A stretch of 64,000 bases of DNA from an uncultured Dehalococcoidales bacterium. Its GTDB lineage: Bacteria; Chloroflexota; Dehalococcoidia; GIF9; AB-539-J10. Below the pieces are notes generated by a model. It was not told where the DNA came from. It worked only from the letters and a program-made list of their open reading frames with translations, and did not search any database. A program made the position numbers and the translations under genes. Positions 38,995-47,716 of this stretch are shown here, in pieces (the stretch's first letter is position 1; each line of letters begins with the position of its first letter). The stretch is taken from NCBI GenBank assembly GCA_964578745.1, contig CAZODZ010000002.1, positions 17,123 through 81,122 of the forward strand. Direction: 5' to 3'.

Positions 38995-40425
38995 CTATGC
39001 TGGCAGAGCAGCCCGACCGCTCACGATAGAGAGCGCCCGCGCTGCTCGAGCGATTGTGGGATATACTGGCACGCCTGCGGACGAAAGCGTGCTTGCAGCA
39101 GCTTGTCTCTCGGTCTCTGCTGATCCCGATGGCAGCACAACAACAATGGCTTTGTCCGACGTGCCTGAAAGCCTCGCCAGGAATCGCGCGATCTCCATAC
39201 CCTCGTCCGCACTGAGGAAGCTCGCCATGATGTCCATATCCATCTGAACCATCAGGAGTTCGATTCCACGATCCTCTGCAACGGTCTGTATAGCTGCACA
39301 AATTGTCTCGAGGCCACGGAACTGCGCCGGGCTCACGTCAACGGGATTGCGCAGTATTGAACCGACTTCGCCGACCAGTTCCAGCAGCCGGTACCTGGTG
39401 GCTGGTTCGAGTTCTGGAAGGAGCAGGCCGTTGTCCGCGCACGCGTCGCTGCCGGACACGGAGATGCCGCCTCCTCCGTCCGCGAGACCACCAACCACAG
39501 CAACGTTCCGCGCACGCGTTCGTCCTAGGTTCTGGAGCAGGAGAAGGCAATCGCAGAGTTCCTCCAAGCTGTGTGCTTCCATGGTTTCTGCCTGCCGCAT
39601 CATCGCACTCCATATGGCTGGCGAAGCAGCGAGCGATCCGGTGTGAGAATGGGCTGCGTTTGCGCCGGCCGGTGTCCTGCCACCCTTCCACAGTACGACT
39701 GGTTTCCTGGCCGCGACCCTTTTCAGGGAGTCGAAAAGGCGACGACCATCCCGTGTGCCCTCAAGGTACATCCCAATGGCGCCTGTTTTGCTGTCTTGCC
39801 CTAGGTAGTCAAGGAAATCGCTTGCGTCGAGGTCAAGGCTGTTCCCCACGCTCACGCCTTTGCTGAAGCGTATGTCGCGTGCGAGTCCATACTCGACAAG
39901 CTTGGCGGCAATGCCGCCGCTTTGGGAGATGAACCCGATTGGACCAGGAATCCCTATCTTGCCGGTGGCAGCGGGTCCTAGGGGTATATGTGCTTCAGGG
40001 CAGTAGCTTCCGATGCAGTTGGGGCCGATTATGCGCAGCCCTGCGCTCCTTGCCCTGCGCAGCATTTCGGTTTCAAGGTCCGCCCCTTCGGGTTTGCCTG
40101 TCTCGCTGAAGCCTGCGGTGAAGAACTGGACGACACGCGCCCGCTTGGAGATGCACTCATCTATCAATTGCAGCACCGAGTGAAGCGGGACTGACGCGAT
40201 CACGTAGTCGATGTCATCGTCAATCTCGGCGAGGCTTCTCGCGATATTGAGACCCCCGATGGTGCCACCATGCCTGCTGACGGGATAAATGGGGCCGCTG
40301 TATCCTGCCGCCAGGAGACCCTGTACCCATTTTGCCCCGGCTTTGGTCGGGTCTGCAGACGCGCCCACCACGGCGATGGAACGGGGATAGAATACCGCAT
40401 CAAGAGTGGCAGCACATGGTGACAT
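38995..40425 (-). CDS. acyl-CoA synthetase (NDP-forming) alpha-type subunit
   Basis: It has a CoA-binding Rossmann domain (IAVVGAS..) and a succinyl-CoA-synthetase-like ligase-CoA domain with the phospho-His region (SHTGSLA). Confidence 0.7.
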   Translation of the reverse strand: MSPCAATLDAVFYPRSIAVVGASADPTKAGAKWVQGLLAAGYSGPIYPVSRHGGTIGGLNIARSLAEIDDDIDYVIASVPLHSVLQLIDECISKRARVVQFFTAGFSETGKPEGADLETEMLRRARSAGLRIIGPNCIGSYCPEAHIPLGPAATGKIGIPGPIGFISQSGGIAAKLVEYGLARDIRFSKGVSVGNSLDLDASDFLDYLGQDSKTGAIGMYLEGTRDGRRLFDSLKRVAARKPVVLWKGGRTPAGANAAHSHTGSLAASPAIWSAMMRQAETMEAHSLEELCDCLLLLQNLGRTRARNVAVVGGLADGGGGISVSGSDACADNGLLLPELEPATRYRLLELVGEVGSILRNPVDVSPAQFRGLETICAAIQTVAEDRGIELLMVQMDMDIMASFLSADEGMEIARFLARLSGTSDKAIVVVLPSGSAETERQAAASTLSSAGVPVYPTIARAARALSIVSGRAALPA

Positions 40426-40559
40426 GGCGGCTACATTCTACGCGAGAACATGGCGTAAACGCACCCCCACGTCAACGTTCGTATCTACGCGATTGACAGA
40501 TGTGCCCGTGTCAGAGAATATGTTCGGACTTCGAGATATCACATTAGGAGTGTTGCATC

Positions 40560-41951
40560 GTGAGTACTCTGGAGCAGATGAAGCTGTTCATGGAACCTGC
40601 GTCGATAGCCGCAATAGGAGTTTCCAGGCGAACCGGCCCTGGTGAATACAACCTGCTTGCGAATCTCGTTTCGTACGGCTACGCAGGGCGTCTCTACCCT
40701 GTGAATCCAAATGCGACTGAGATACTTGGATTGCCGGCATATCCGGATGTTGCCGCCGTGCCTGAGGTCACTGACCTTGCACTCATCAGCCTTCCTCGCG
40801 CTCTCGTGTTGCAGGCCGTCCGTCAGTGTGTGGCAAAGGGCATCAAAGCAATTGTCATCATCACTCAGGGTTTCGCGGACGCCGATGACGAAAGAGGTAC
40901 ACAGCTGCAGAATGAACTGGTAAAGATGATCAGAGGTACCGATGTGCGCGTTCTGGGGCCGAATACGTTTGGAATTGCCAATGCAGGTCTCAAACTGAGC
41001 TCGTCTTACATACCGGTGCCGATGGAGGTGAACGGTGTTGGGACTGTGTCACAGACCGGTGGAACCTTCCTTGGCTTAAACGACATAAGACTTATCGGCA
41101 AAGCCATTGATGTAGGGGACATGTGCGACGTGGATATCGTCGATGCCCTTGAATACTACGAGGCGGATGACCAAACGAAGGTGATCGCCTTGCACGTGGA
41201 GGGCATGCCCGATGCCAGGGAGTTCCTGCGTGTGCTTGAGAGGGTGGCGCGGAAGAAGCCCGTTGTGACGCTCAAGACTGGTCGGTCCGAACGCGTAGCG
41301 GAGGCCGTACAGTCCCATACAGGAGCACTCACGGGGAGTGACGCGGTATGGGACTTGGCTTTGAGAAGGGCTGGCGCAACCCGGGTCGAAGACATCGAGG
41401 AGATGTCCGATACGCTGCGGGCGTTCCTTCGCCTGAATCCCCCCCTTGGCACCGGGGTGGGTATTACTACTTACACTGGCGGATTTGGGATAATCGCCGC
41501 GGACGCCTGTGCGCGGAGTGGCCTGGACCTTGTACGATTCACCGACCGCACCATGGACGGACTGCGGGAGCTATCGCCTGAATGGCTGGGTGTAGGCAAT
41601 CCAGTCGACATCTGGGCGGGAGTGTCGATAATGGGGCACACGCGCAAGGCTATGGAGACCGCCGCCCTGCGGCTTGTCATGAACGATCCAAATGTACACG
41701 CGGCTATGGCCGTTATCGGTGCATTTGATCCGCACATGGGGGAAGAACACGTTGAGATGATTGAAGAGATGGCGCGGGACCATCCAGAGAAGCCATTCGT
41801 CTACTTCATGTACGGTCCAGAATTCCAAGCCGTCAGGGAGACTGTAGAAGCAACTGGCACCACGCTCGCGTTCCCTACGCCCGAGCGGGCGTTTCGGGCG
41901 CTGATGCATCTGAAACGGCACCGTGACTTTCTCGGACGCTTGCCACGGTAA
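40560..41951 (+). CDS. acyl-CoA synthetase (NDP-forming) alpha-type subunit, paralog
   Basis: It has the same architecture (IAAIGVS.., SHTGALTG). It starts at GTG with a TAGGAGTG RBS and is divergent from its paralog. Confidence 0.7.
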   Translation: MSTLEQMKLFMEPASIAAIGVSRRTGPGEYNLLANLVSYGYAGRLYPVNPNATEILGLPAYPDVAAVPEVTDLALISLPRALVLQAVRQCVAKGIKAIVIITQGFADADDERGTQLQNELVKMIRGTDVRVLGPNTFGIANAGLKLSSSYIPVPMEVNGVGTVSQTGGTFLGLNDIRLIGKAIDVGDMCDVDIVDALEYYEADDQTKVIALHVEGMPDAREFLRVLERVARKKPVVTLKTGRSERVAEAVQSHTGALTGSDAVWDLALRRAGATRVEDIEEMSDTLRAFLRLNPPLGTGVGITTYTGGFGIIAADACARSGLDLVRFTDRTMDGLRELSPEWLGVGNPVDIWAGVSIMGHTRKAMETAALRLVMNDPNVHAAMAVIGAFDPHMGEEHVEMIEEMARDHPEKPFVYFMYGPEFQAVRETVEATGTTLAFPTPERAFRALMHLKRHRDFLGRLPR

Positions 41952-41964
41952 GGTATTGCCTTGC

Positions 41965-42978
41965 TCAACCCCGGCGCGCACGCACCGTCTTGCACATGGT
42001 TGCTGCCAGCTTGATAGCCTCAATCATGCTCGTGGGGTCAGCTGTACCTTTGCCAGCTTTGCCGAATACCGTACCGTGGTCAACGGACGTCCGAATGATG
42101 GGCAAACCAAGGGTGACGTTTACACCCTTTTCGAACCCGACCATCTTGATGGGTATGTGGCCTTGGTCGTGATACATGGCGATGGCAAGATCGAACTCAC
42201 CCTTGAAGGCACGCAGGAACGCGGTGTCCGGGGGTAGGGGGCCACGCACATTGATACCCTGGTTTTTGGCTTCCTCTATCGCAGGGATGATGTGCTTCAC
42301 CTCTTCGTCGCCAAACAGCCCTCCCTCGCCGGAATGAGGGTTGAGACCGGGAACCACAACGCGTGGGTTGTCGATCCCCATATTCTGGACAGCCTCCACG
42401 CCCAGCTTCATGACCTTCAAGATGCGTTCCTTTGTAACAAGATCACATGCGTCGCGGAGCGAGACATGTGTGGACACGTGTGCGATTCGGAGGTTGTCAG
42501 CCGCGAGGAGCATGACAGCATCACTCACTCCAGCCAGGTGTGCCAGTATCTGGGTATGACCGGGAAAGTGATAGCCAGCTTGGTTGAGCGCGTCTTTGTT
42601 GAGCGGAGCCGTAACAACTGCCTCAGTTTCACCTGCGAGAGTCATAAGGGTGGCCTTTTCGATAGCCTCGTAGGCAGCCTTTCCCGCCTTCGGATCCACA
42701 CGCCCGCGGACGAGGGATGCCACGTCGACGTTATTCAGGTCGATGACGTTAATGGTGTCAGGTGCATCATCCATAGCGGATGGGCCATCAACGACGTTTA
42801 CATGCATGCTAGCGCCGACGATGTTGATGGCTGCTCTCATAGTCTCGGCGTCGCCGACAACGATTGCTCTGCAGAGGCTGTTCATGTGCGGGTTGTCCAG
42901 GGCTTTGACGATTATCTCAGGGCCGGCGCCAGTCGGATCCCCCATTGTAACTGCGAGAATAGGTCTGTAGTCGCTCAT
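41965..42978 (-). CDS. pdxA2: PdxA-family dehydrogenase (4-hydroxythreonine-4-phosphate / 4-phospho-D-threonate dehydrogenase, PdxA2-like)
   Basis: It has PdxA-family conservation (AVTMGDPTGAGPEI, GHTQ, HVSTHVSL metal site). Confidence 0.75.
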   Translation of the reverse strand: MSDYRPILAVTMGDPTGAGPEIIVKALDNPHMNSLCRAIVVGDAETMRAAINIVGASMHVNVVDGPSAMDDAPDTINVIDLNNVDVASLVRGRVDPKAGKAAYEAIEKATLMTLAGETEAVVTAPLNKDALNQAGYHFPGHTQILAHLAGVSDAVMLLAADNLRIAHVSTHVSLRDACDLVTKERILKVMKLGVEAVQNMGIDNPRVVVPGLNPHSGEGGLFGDEEVKHIIPAIEEAKNQGINVRGPLPPDTAFLRAFKGEFDLAIAMYHDQGHIPIKMVGFEKGVNVTLGLPIIRTSVDHGTVFGKAGKGTADPTSMIEAIKLAATMCKTVRARRG

Positions 42979-44261
42979 CTTGTGCCACTTCCTGTCAGAT
43001 ATTGAGCTGCCTGTACCATTTCCTCTTCGTTTCCGAACCCGCCCGCCTTTGTCACGACTCGCAAGCCTGCATGATTTCGGCCGACAGCTTCTCCCACAAT
43101 GACCCCCGGCTGCAGGTTTCCAAGTATATGAAGCGCTTGGATACCCTTGTCGCCACAGACTGATCTGGCAACATCACCGCCACTGAGAAACAGCCCCTCT
43201 ACAGGAGCGGTCGCAAGCACCCGACTCACTATTGAGCCCATAAGCGGCGCCATCAGGCGCCTGTACTGGGAGACGAATTGTGCCAGACTGGAACTGAGTA
43301 CCACTAATGGCTCAGTTCTCAGCAGCTGCGTGGCCTCTGCCGCAATCTGGTTCATCCGCGGTTCTCGGCCGGCTCTGGTTCTGAAATCTTCCGGCTCAAT
43401 AGAAATGAACGGCGCGCTGAGTTCGTCGAGCAGACGGTGGAGTTGGCGGACACTCACTTCATTGCGGCTCCCGACCGCGAAGAGTGCGTGGCCACCCTTC
43501 GATTTAGGCAGTACGCTCTCCCGCGACGCGTAGCCGAAGGCGGGTGGTATCTGTGCGCCAAGACCACCCGAGCCACAGGGAAGCCATCTCCTGCCACCCT
43601 GTGCGAGTGCACCTGCGATGGTTTTCAGGTGTCGGTCCTCGGTCGCATCCACCACCACCGCGCGAGAGGAGCACTGGTGGATCTGCTCCGCAAGGTGCTC
43701 TGGTCCCTGTTCAACATCGTCGAGACCGATTCTCTCTGCCGCAATGCCGGAGTCCGAGCGAAGCAGCTCTACGATACTTGACTTCAATACTGGGCTGACC
43801 GGGTCCCGCGAGAAGCTTGTCTTGCTCACGGGTACGCCGTTAACCAGCAGTTCGCCGTTCAGAACGATCCGCTTGATGGCGGGGAAGGCTGGGCACACAA
43901 CTGCGTGGGCTGCCCTTGTCACGTCCAGCAGCGCCTGCAACTCAGCTACAACATTCCCGCGAAGCGTGGAGTCTATCTTCTTGTAGATGTAGTAGTCGCG
44001 GAACCGCTCTGCGACGGCCTTCACCCTGCGGTATGCCTCGCTGGCGCGCTCGGCACGGCTGTCTGTCGTTATGACCACCGCATCCGATGCAATCGTTCCT
44101 GATGAGGCAAATGTGATTATGGCTGATAGACCGGCGAGTGAAAGACCGACACCGGTATCCATTGCCCCGGTGAGGTCATCGGCGATGACGCAGAAGCGAG
44201 TCTCCGTACGTGAAACCTCCATGCCGCAGCTTACTGTAAACGGCGTTTGAAGACCTGTCAA
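42975..44261 (-). CDS. four-carbon acid sugar kinase (DUF1537 / OtnK-DtnK family)
   Basis: It has a two-domain YgbK-like architecture (N-terminal ...IADDLTGA...). It is translationally coupled to the downstream pdxA2. Confidence 0.7.
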   Translation of the reverse strand: MTGLQTPFTVSCGMEVSRTETRFCVIADDLTGAMDTGVGLSLAGLSAIITFASSGTIASDAVVITTDSRAERASEAYRRVKAVAERFRDYYIYKKIDSTLRGNVVAELQALLDVTRAAHAVVCPAFPAIKRIVLNGELLVNGVPVSKTSFSRDPVSPVLKSSIVELLRSDSGIAAERIGLDDVEQGPEHLAEQIHQCSSRAVVVDATEDRHLKTIAGALAQGGRRWLPCGSGGLGAQIPPAFGYASRESVLPKSKGGHALFAVGSRNEVSVRQLHRLLDELSAPFISIEPEDFRTRAGREPRMNQIAAEATQLLRTEPLVVLSSSLAQFVSQYRRLMAPLMGSIVSRVLATAPVEGLFLSGGDVARSVCGDKGIQALHILGNLQPGVIVGEAVGRNHAGLRVVTKAGGFGNEEEMVQAAQYLTGSGTR

Positions 44262-44344
44262 TGTCGGGGAGTACGGTGTAAAATGGCAGGTGCGGTCAGT
44301 GCACAGCCAGAGAACGTGGTCCGGCCGAAGGAGGTTACTACCGT

Positions 44345-45484
44345 ATGGACATACTGCTCAGTGAACAGGAAAAGATGTTCCGCCAGCAGCTGCGGGAGTT
44401 CGTGGAAGCGGAGATTGCCCCGTTTGCCGACGAGTGGGATCGGCGAAACAAGCTTGCCTATGAGGCATTCCAGAAGATGGCCAAGGTTGGGCTCACCGGT
44501 CTCACGATTCCCGTCGAGTATGGTGGGCAGGGGGGCTCCCTTGTGGATGCTTACCTCATGTCTATAGAACTGGCGCGTTCGAGTATCGCAGTTGCGTCAA
44601 TCATAGGCACTCATCTCGGTCTTGCCTTGAGCGGGCTGTACCACTTCGGGAATGAGGATCAGCGGCGACGATTCGTGGTTCCGGCAGCAAGGGGTGAGAA
44701 GTTGTGCTCATATGCTTTGACTGAGAGGGAGGCCGGCAGCGATGTCTCTAGGATGGCGACTACTGCCCGGCGCGAAGGCGACGAGTGGGTCTTGAACGGT
44801 GGCAAGTGCTTCATCTCAAACGGAGACACCGCGGATTTCATTCTCACGTTTGCCACGGTTGACAGGCAGCTCGGCAGCAAGGGCATCACTGCGTTCGTTG
44901 TGGAGAAGGGCATGCCTGGCTTTAGTGTTGGCAAAGTGGAAGATAAGCTCGGCATCAGGGCTGAGAGCGCTGCCGAATTGAATTTCGATGACGTGCGTGT
45001 ACCGGTTGCCAATCAGATCGGCGAGGTCGGCAAAGGAATGCGCATCGCCTTGACCATACTTGACGAAGGCCGTCTCGATGTTTCAGGTCAAGGCGTGGGT
45101 GTTGCTACCGCCGCACTTGAAGCGGCGATTGCGTATTCGAAGCAGAGGCGACAGTTCGGTCAGCTCATCTCAGAGTTTCAGGGTATCCAGTGGATGCTTG
45201 TAGACATGGCCAACGAGGTCGATGCGGCATGGCTCATGGGTTACCGTGCAGCGAGGCTGGCGGCCAGCGGCGCAAGATTCACGCGGGAGGTTGCCCAGGC
45301 GAAGCTCTACGCTGCAAATGCGGCAGTCGATGTCACGCGCAAGGCACTTCAGATCCATGGTGGGTATGGCTATATGAAGGACCTGCCCCTTGAGCGCTAC
45401 TACCGCGACGCCAAGATACTTGAGATATATGAAGGTACCAGCGAGATCCAGCGGCTGGTGATATCGAGGGCCCTGCTTGGCTGA
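44345..45484 (+). CDS. acyl-CoA dehydrogenase
   Basis: It has ACAD family signatures throughout (YALTEREAGSD, catalytic Glu in YEGTSEIQ). A GGAGGT RBS precedes the start. Confidence 0.85.
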   Translation: MDILLSEQEKMFRQQLREFVEAEIAPFADEWDRRNKLAYEAFQKMAKVGLTGLTIPVEYGGQGGSLVDAYLMSIELARSSIAVASIIGTHLGLALSGLYHFGNEDQRRRFVVPAARGEKLCSYALTEREAGSDVSRMATTARREGDEWVLNGGKCFISNGDTADFILTFATVDRQLGSKGITAFVVEKGMPGFSVGKVEDKLGIRAESAAELNFDDVRVPVANQIGEVGKGMRIALTILDEGRLDVSGQGVGVATAALEAAIAYSKQRRQFGQLISEFQGIQWMLVDMANEVDAAWLMGYRAARLAASGARFTREVAQAKLYAANAAVDVTRKALQIHGGYGYMKDLPLERYYRDAKILEIYEGTSEIQRLVISRALLG

Positions 45485-45495
45485 GGCAGCTGGTC

Positions 45496-47196
45496 TCAGG
45501 CGACTATCTGGAAGCGGCTGACGTCAACTACGCCTTTGTCGGTGATGCGCAGTTCCGGGATTACCGGCAACGCGAGGAAGGATAGTAAGGCAAAGGGGGC
45601 TGGTGGGACTTTGCCCAGTGCCCTTGCAGCCGATTCTACAGCTTGCTCGTCAGTCAGCACCCGCGCGAGCGGTGCCTGAGAGAGAAGTCCGGCTACCGGC
45701 AAGGGAAGCCGAGCCTTCAGCTCTCCGTCCGCATACACTGCCAAGCCACCACCGCTCTCTTCAAGGGCGTGGATGGCGCCCAGAATATCCTCGTCGGTGA
45801 CTCCAACTGCCAGCAGGTTGTGGGAATCGTGGGCGACGGATGTCGCAAGCGCGCCACGTTCGAGACCAAAGCCGTGTACGAGTCCCTTGCCAACGGCTCC
45901 GCTGGCATGATGACGTTCCACGACGACTAACTTGAGCAGATCCCTGTCGATGTCGCTCACGATATTCCCGTCCTGCACTGCAGGCACGCACTGCAGCCTG
46001 CGTGTTACTATCTGACCGGGCATCAGTCCGATTGTCGGAAACTCGCCGCCCGTGTGGCGTAGTCGGAGCGATTCGAGCGTTGTCCCGCCGGTATGGATGC
46101 TGTCGGTCAGCTCGGCGCCCGGAGTTGGTGAATCGAAAAGCGGGTTGCCGGCAACCGCAACAAGCACTCCGTTCCGGTATACACGATCGACCTGAAACTC
46201 GTTTAAGTCATCTATGGTAATAAGGTCGGCTTTTCTCCCCGGGCCGATGAACCCTCTGTCATGCAGCCGGAAATAGTGGGCTGGACTGAGTGTCGCCAGT
46301 TGTACTGCCCGTACAGGTGCCATTCCCATGGCAATGGCCCGCCGCACAACGTGGTCGATGTCCCCTTCATTCTTGAGATCGACGGCGCTTCTGTCGTCGA
46401 CGACGAGCATACATCGGGTGTAAGTTGAGTCGCTGACAACCGGCAGGAGAGCCTGCAAGTTCTTCTCGGAAGAGCCCTCGCGCAGCATGATATACATACC
46501 TTTGTGGAGCTTCTCCGCAGCCTCTTCATACGTGGTGCACTCGTGGTCGGACATCACACCTGCTGCAATGTATGCGTCGAGGTTGGTGCCTGACAGCCCT
46601 GGCGCGTGACCGTCAATAGGACGACCACGGGCTGCATCGATCTTGGCCAGCGCCTCCTCGTCGCCGGCAATAACGCCGGGATAATTCATCATCTCCCCCA
46701 GGCCGATGACCCCTGGTCTCTGCAGCAGTGTGCGCACTTCCTTTGAAGAGATCCTGGCGCCTGACGTCTCAAGTGGAGTCGCTGGTACGCAGGAGGGAGC
46801 CATGAATCGCATATCCAGCGGCAGTCTCTCTGCCCATTCCATGCAGAACTCGATGCCCGCCATGCCTGCGACGTTGGCGATTTCGTGCAGGTCGGTGACA
46901 ACCGTGAGCGTTCCTCGCGGGACAACTGCCTCGGCATATCGTGCTGGATGCAGCATTGAACTTTCGATATGGGTGTGACCGTCGATGAGAGCCGGCGCTA
47001 CGAACGCACCTTGCAGATCAACAATCTGACGCCCCTTGGTGTAGGAACCAATTCCTGCAATGGTGTCGCCGCAAATGGCGATGTTGGCCTTGTCGATGCT
47101 TCCCGTGACCGTGTTGATGATGCGGCCGTTCTTCAACACCAGGTCGGCTTCAGTTTGGCCCCGTGCCACCGCAATGAGTTCATGAACTGGCATCAT
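45496..47196 (-). CDS. ade: adenine deaminase
   Basis: It has an amidohydrolase metal site (IDGHTHIES) and the AdeC-family body. The likely start is the MMPVHEL methionine pair at 47196/47193, just after the hpt stop. Confidence 0.8.
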   Translation of the reverse strand: MMPVHELIAVARGQTEADLVLKNGRIINTVTGSIDKANIAICGDTIAGIGSYTKGRQIVDLQGAFVAPALIDGHTHIESSMLHPARYAEAVVPRGTLTVVTDLHEIANVAGMAGIEFCMEWAERLPLDMRFMAPSCVPATPLETSGARISSKEVRTLLQRPGVIGLGEMMNYPGVIAGDEEALAKIDAARGRPIDGHAPGLSGTNLDAYIAAGVMSDHECTTYEEAAEKLHKGMYIMLREGSSEKNLQALLPVVSDSTYTRCMLVVDDRSAVDLKNEGDIDHVVRRAIAMGMAPVRAVQLATLSPAHYFRLHDRGFIGPGRKADLITIDDLNEFQVDRVYRNGVLVAVAGNPLFDSPTPGAELTDSIHTGGTTLESLRLRHTGGEFPTIGLMPGQIVTRRLQCVPAVQDGNIVSDIDRDLLKLVVVERHHASGAVGKGLVHGFGLERGALATSVAHDSHNLLAVGVTDEDILGAIHALEESGGGLAVYADGELKARLPLPVAGLLSQAPLARVLTDEQAVESAARALGKVPPAPFALLSFLALPVIPELRITDKGVVDVSRFQIVA

Positions 47197-47716
47197 TGTG
47201 TTCCAGTGCGTAGATGTCAGGCAGGTATCGGAACTTGTTGTCGAAATCGAGGCCGTAGCCAACTACGAAGGCATCAGGCACAGCAAATCCGATATAGTCG
47301 ATGTCGACCGGAATCTCGCGCCGCGACGGCTTGTCAGCGAGAGCACATACACTGACCGAACTGGCGCCAAGTTCTTTCAGGTACCTGCAGACAAAGTCCA
47401 CGGTATAACCGGTGTCAACAATATCCTCGACAATCAGGGCATCCTTGCCTCTCACGTCTGTGGTCAGTCCCTGCTGTAGAGACACCTTGCGGGAAGTCTC
47501 CGTCCCGCCTCCGTAGCTGGAGACCGTGATGAAGTCCACTTCAATTGGCAAATCGAGTTGCCGCACGAGGTCTGCCATGAAGATGAACGCACCTTTAAGT
47601 ATGCCGACAACAACGAGTTTCCGGCCCCGGTAATCCGCAGATATTTCCGCAGCAAGTCGCGACACGGCCTGCTCGATGTCCTTTCGGGGGATAAGCAGTT
47701 CAAGTCCCTTGGCCAT
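47180..47716 (-). CDS. hpt: hypoxanthine-guanine phosphoribosyltransferase
   Basis: It has the PRPP motif LIVEDIVDTGYT and an HPRT fold. A GAAGGAA RBS supports the ATG at 47716, which avoids overlap with the upstream fusion gene. Confidence 0.8.
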   Translation of the reverse strand: MAKGLELLIPRKDIEQAVSRLAAEISADYRGRKLVVVGILKGAFIFMADLVRQLDLPIEVDFITVSSYGGGTETSRKVSLQQGLTTDVRGKDALIVEDIVDTGYTVDFVCRYLKELGASSVSVCALADKPSRREIPVDIDYIGFAVPDAFVVGYGLDFDNKFRYLPDIYALEHNDASS

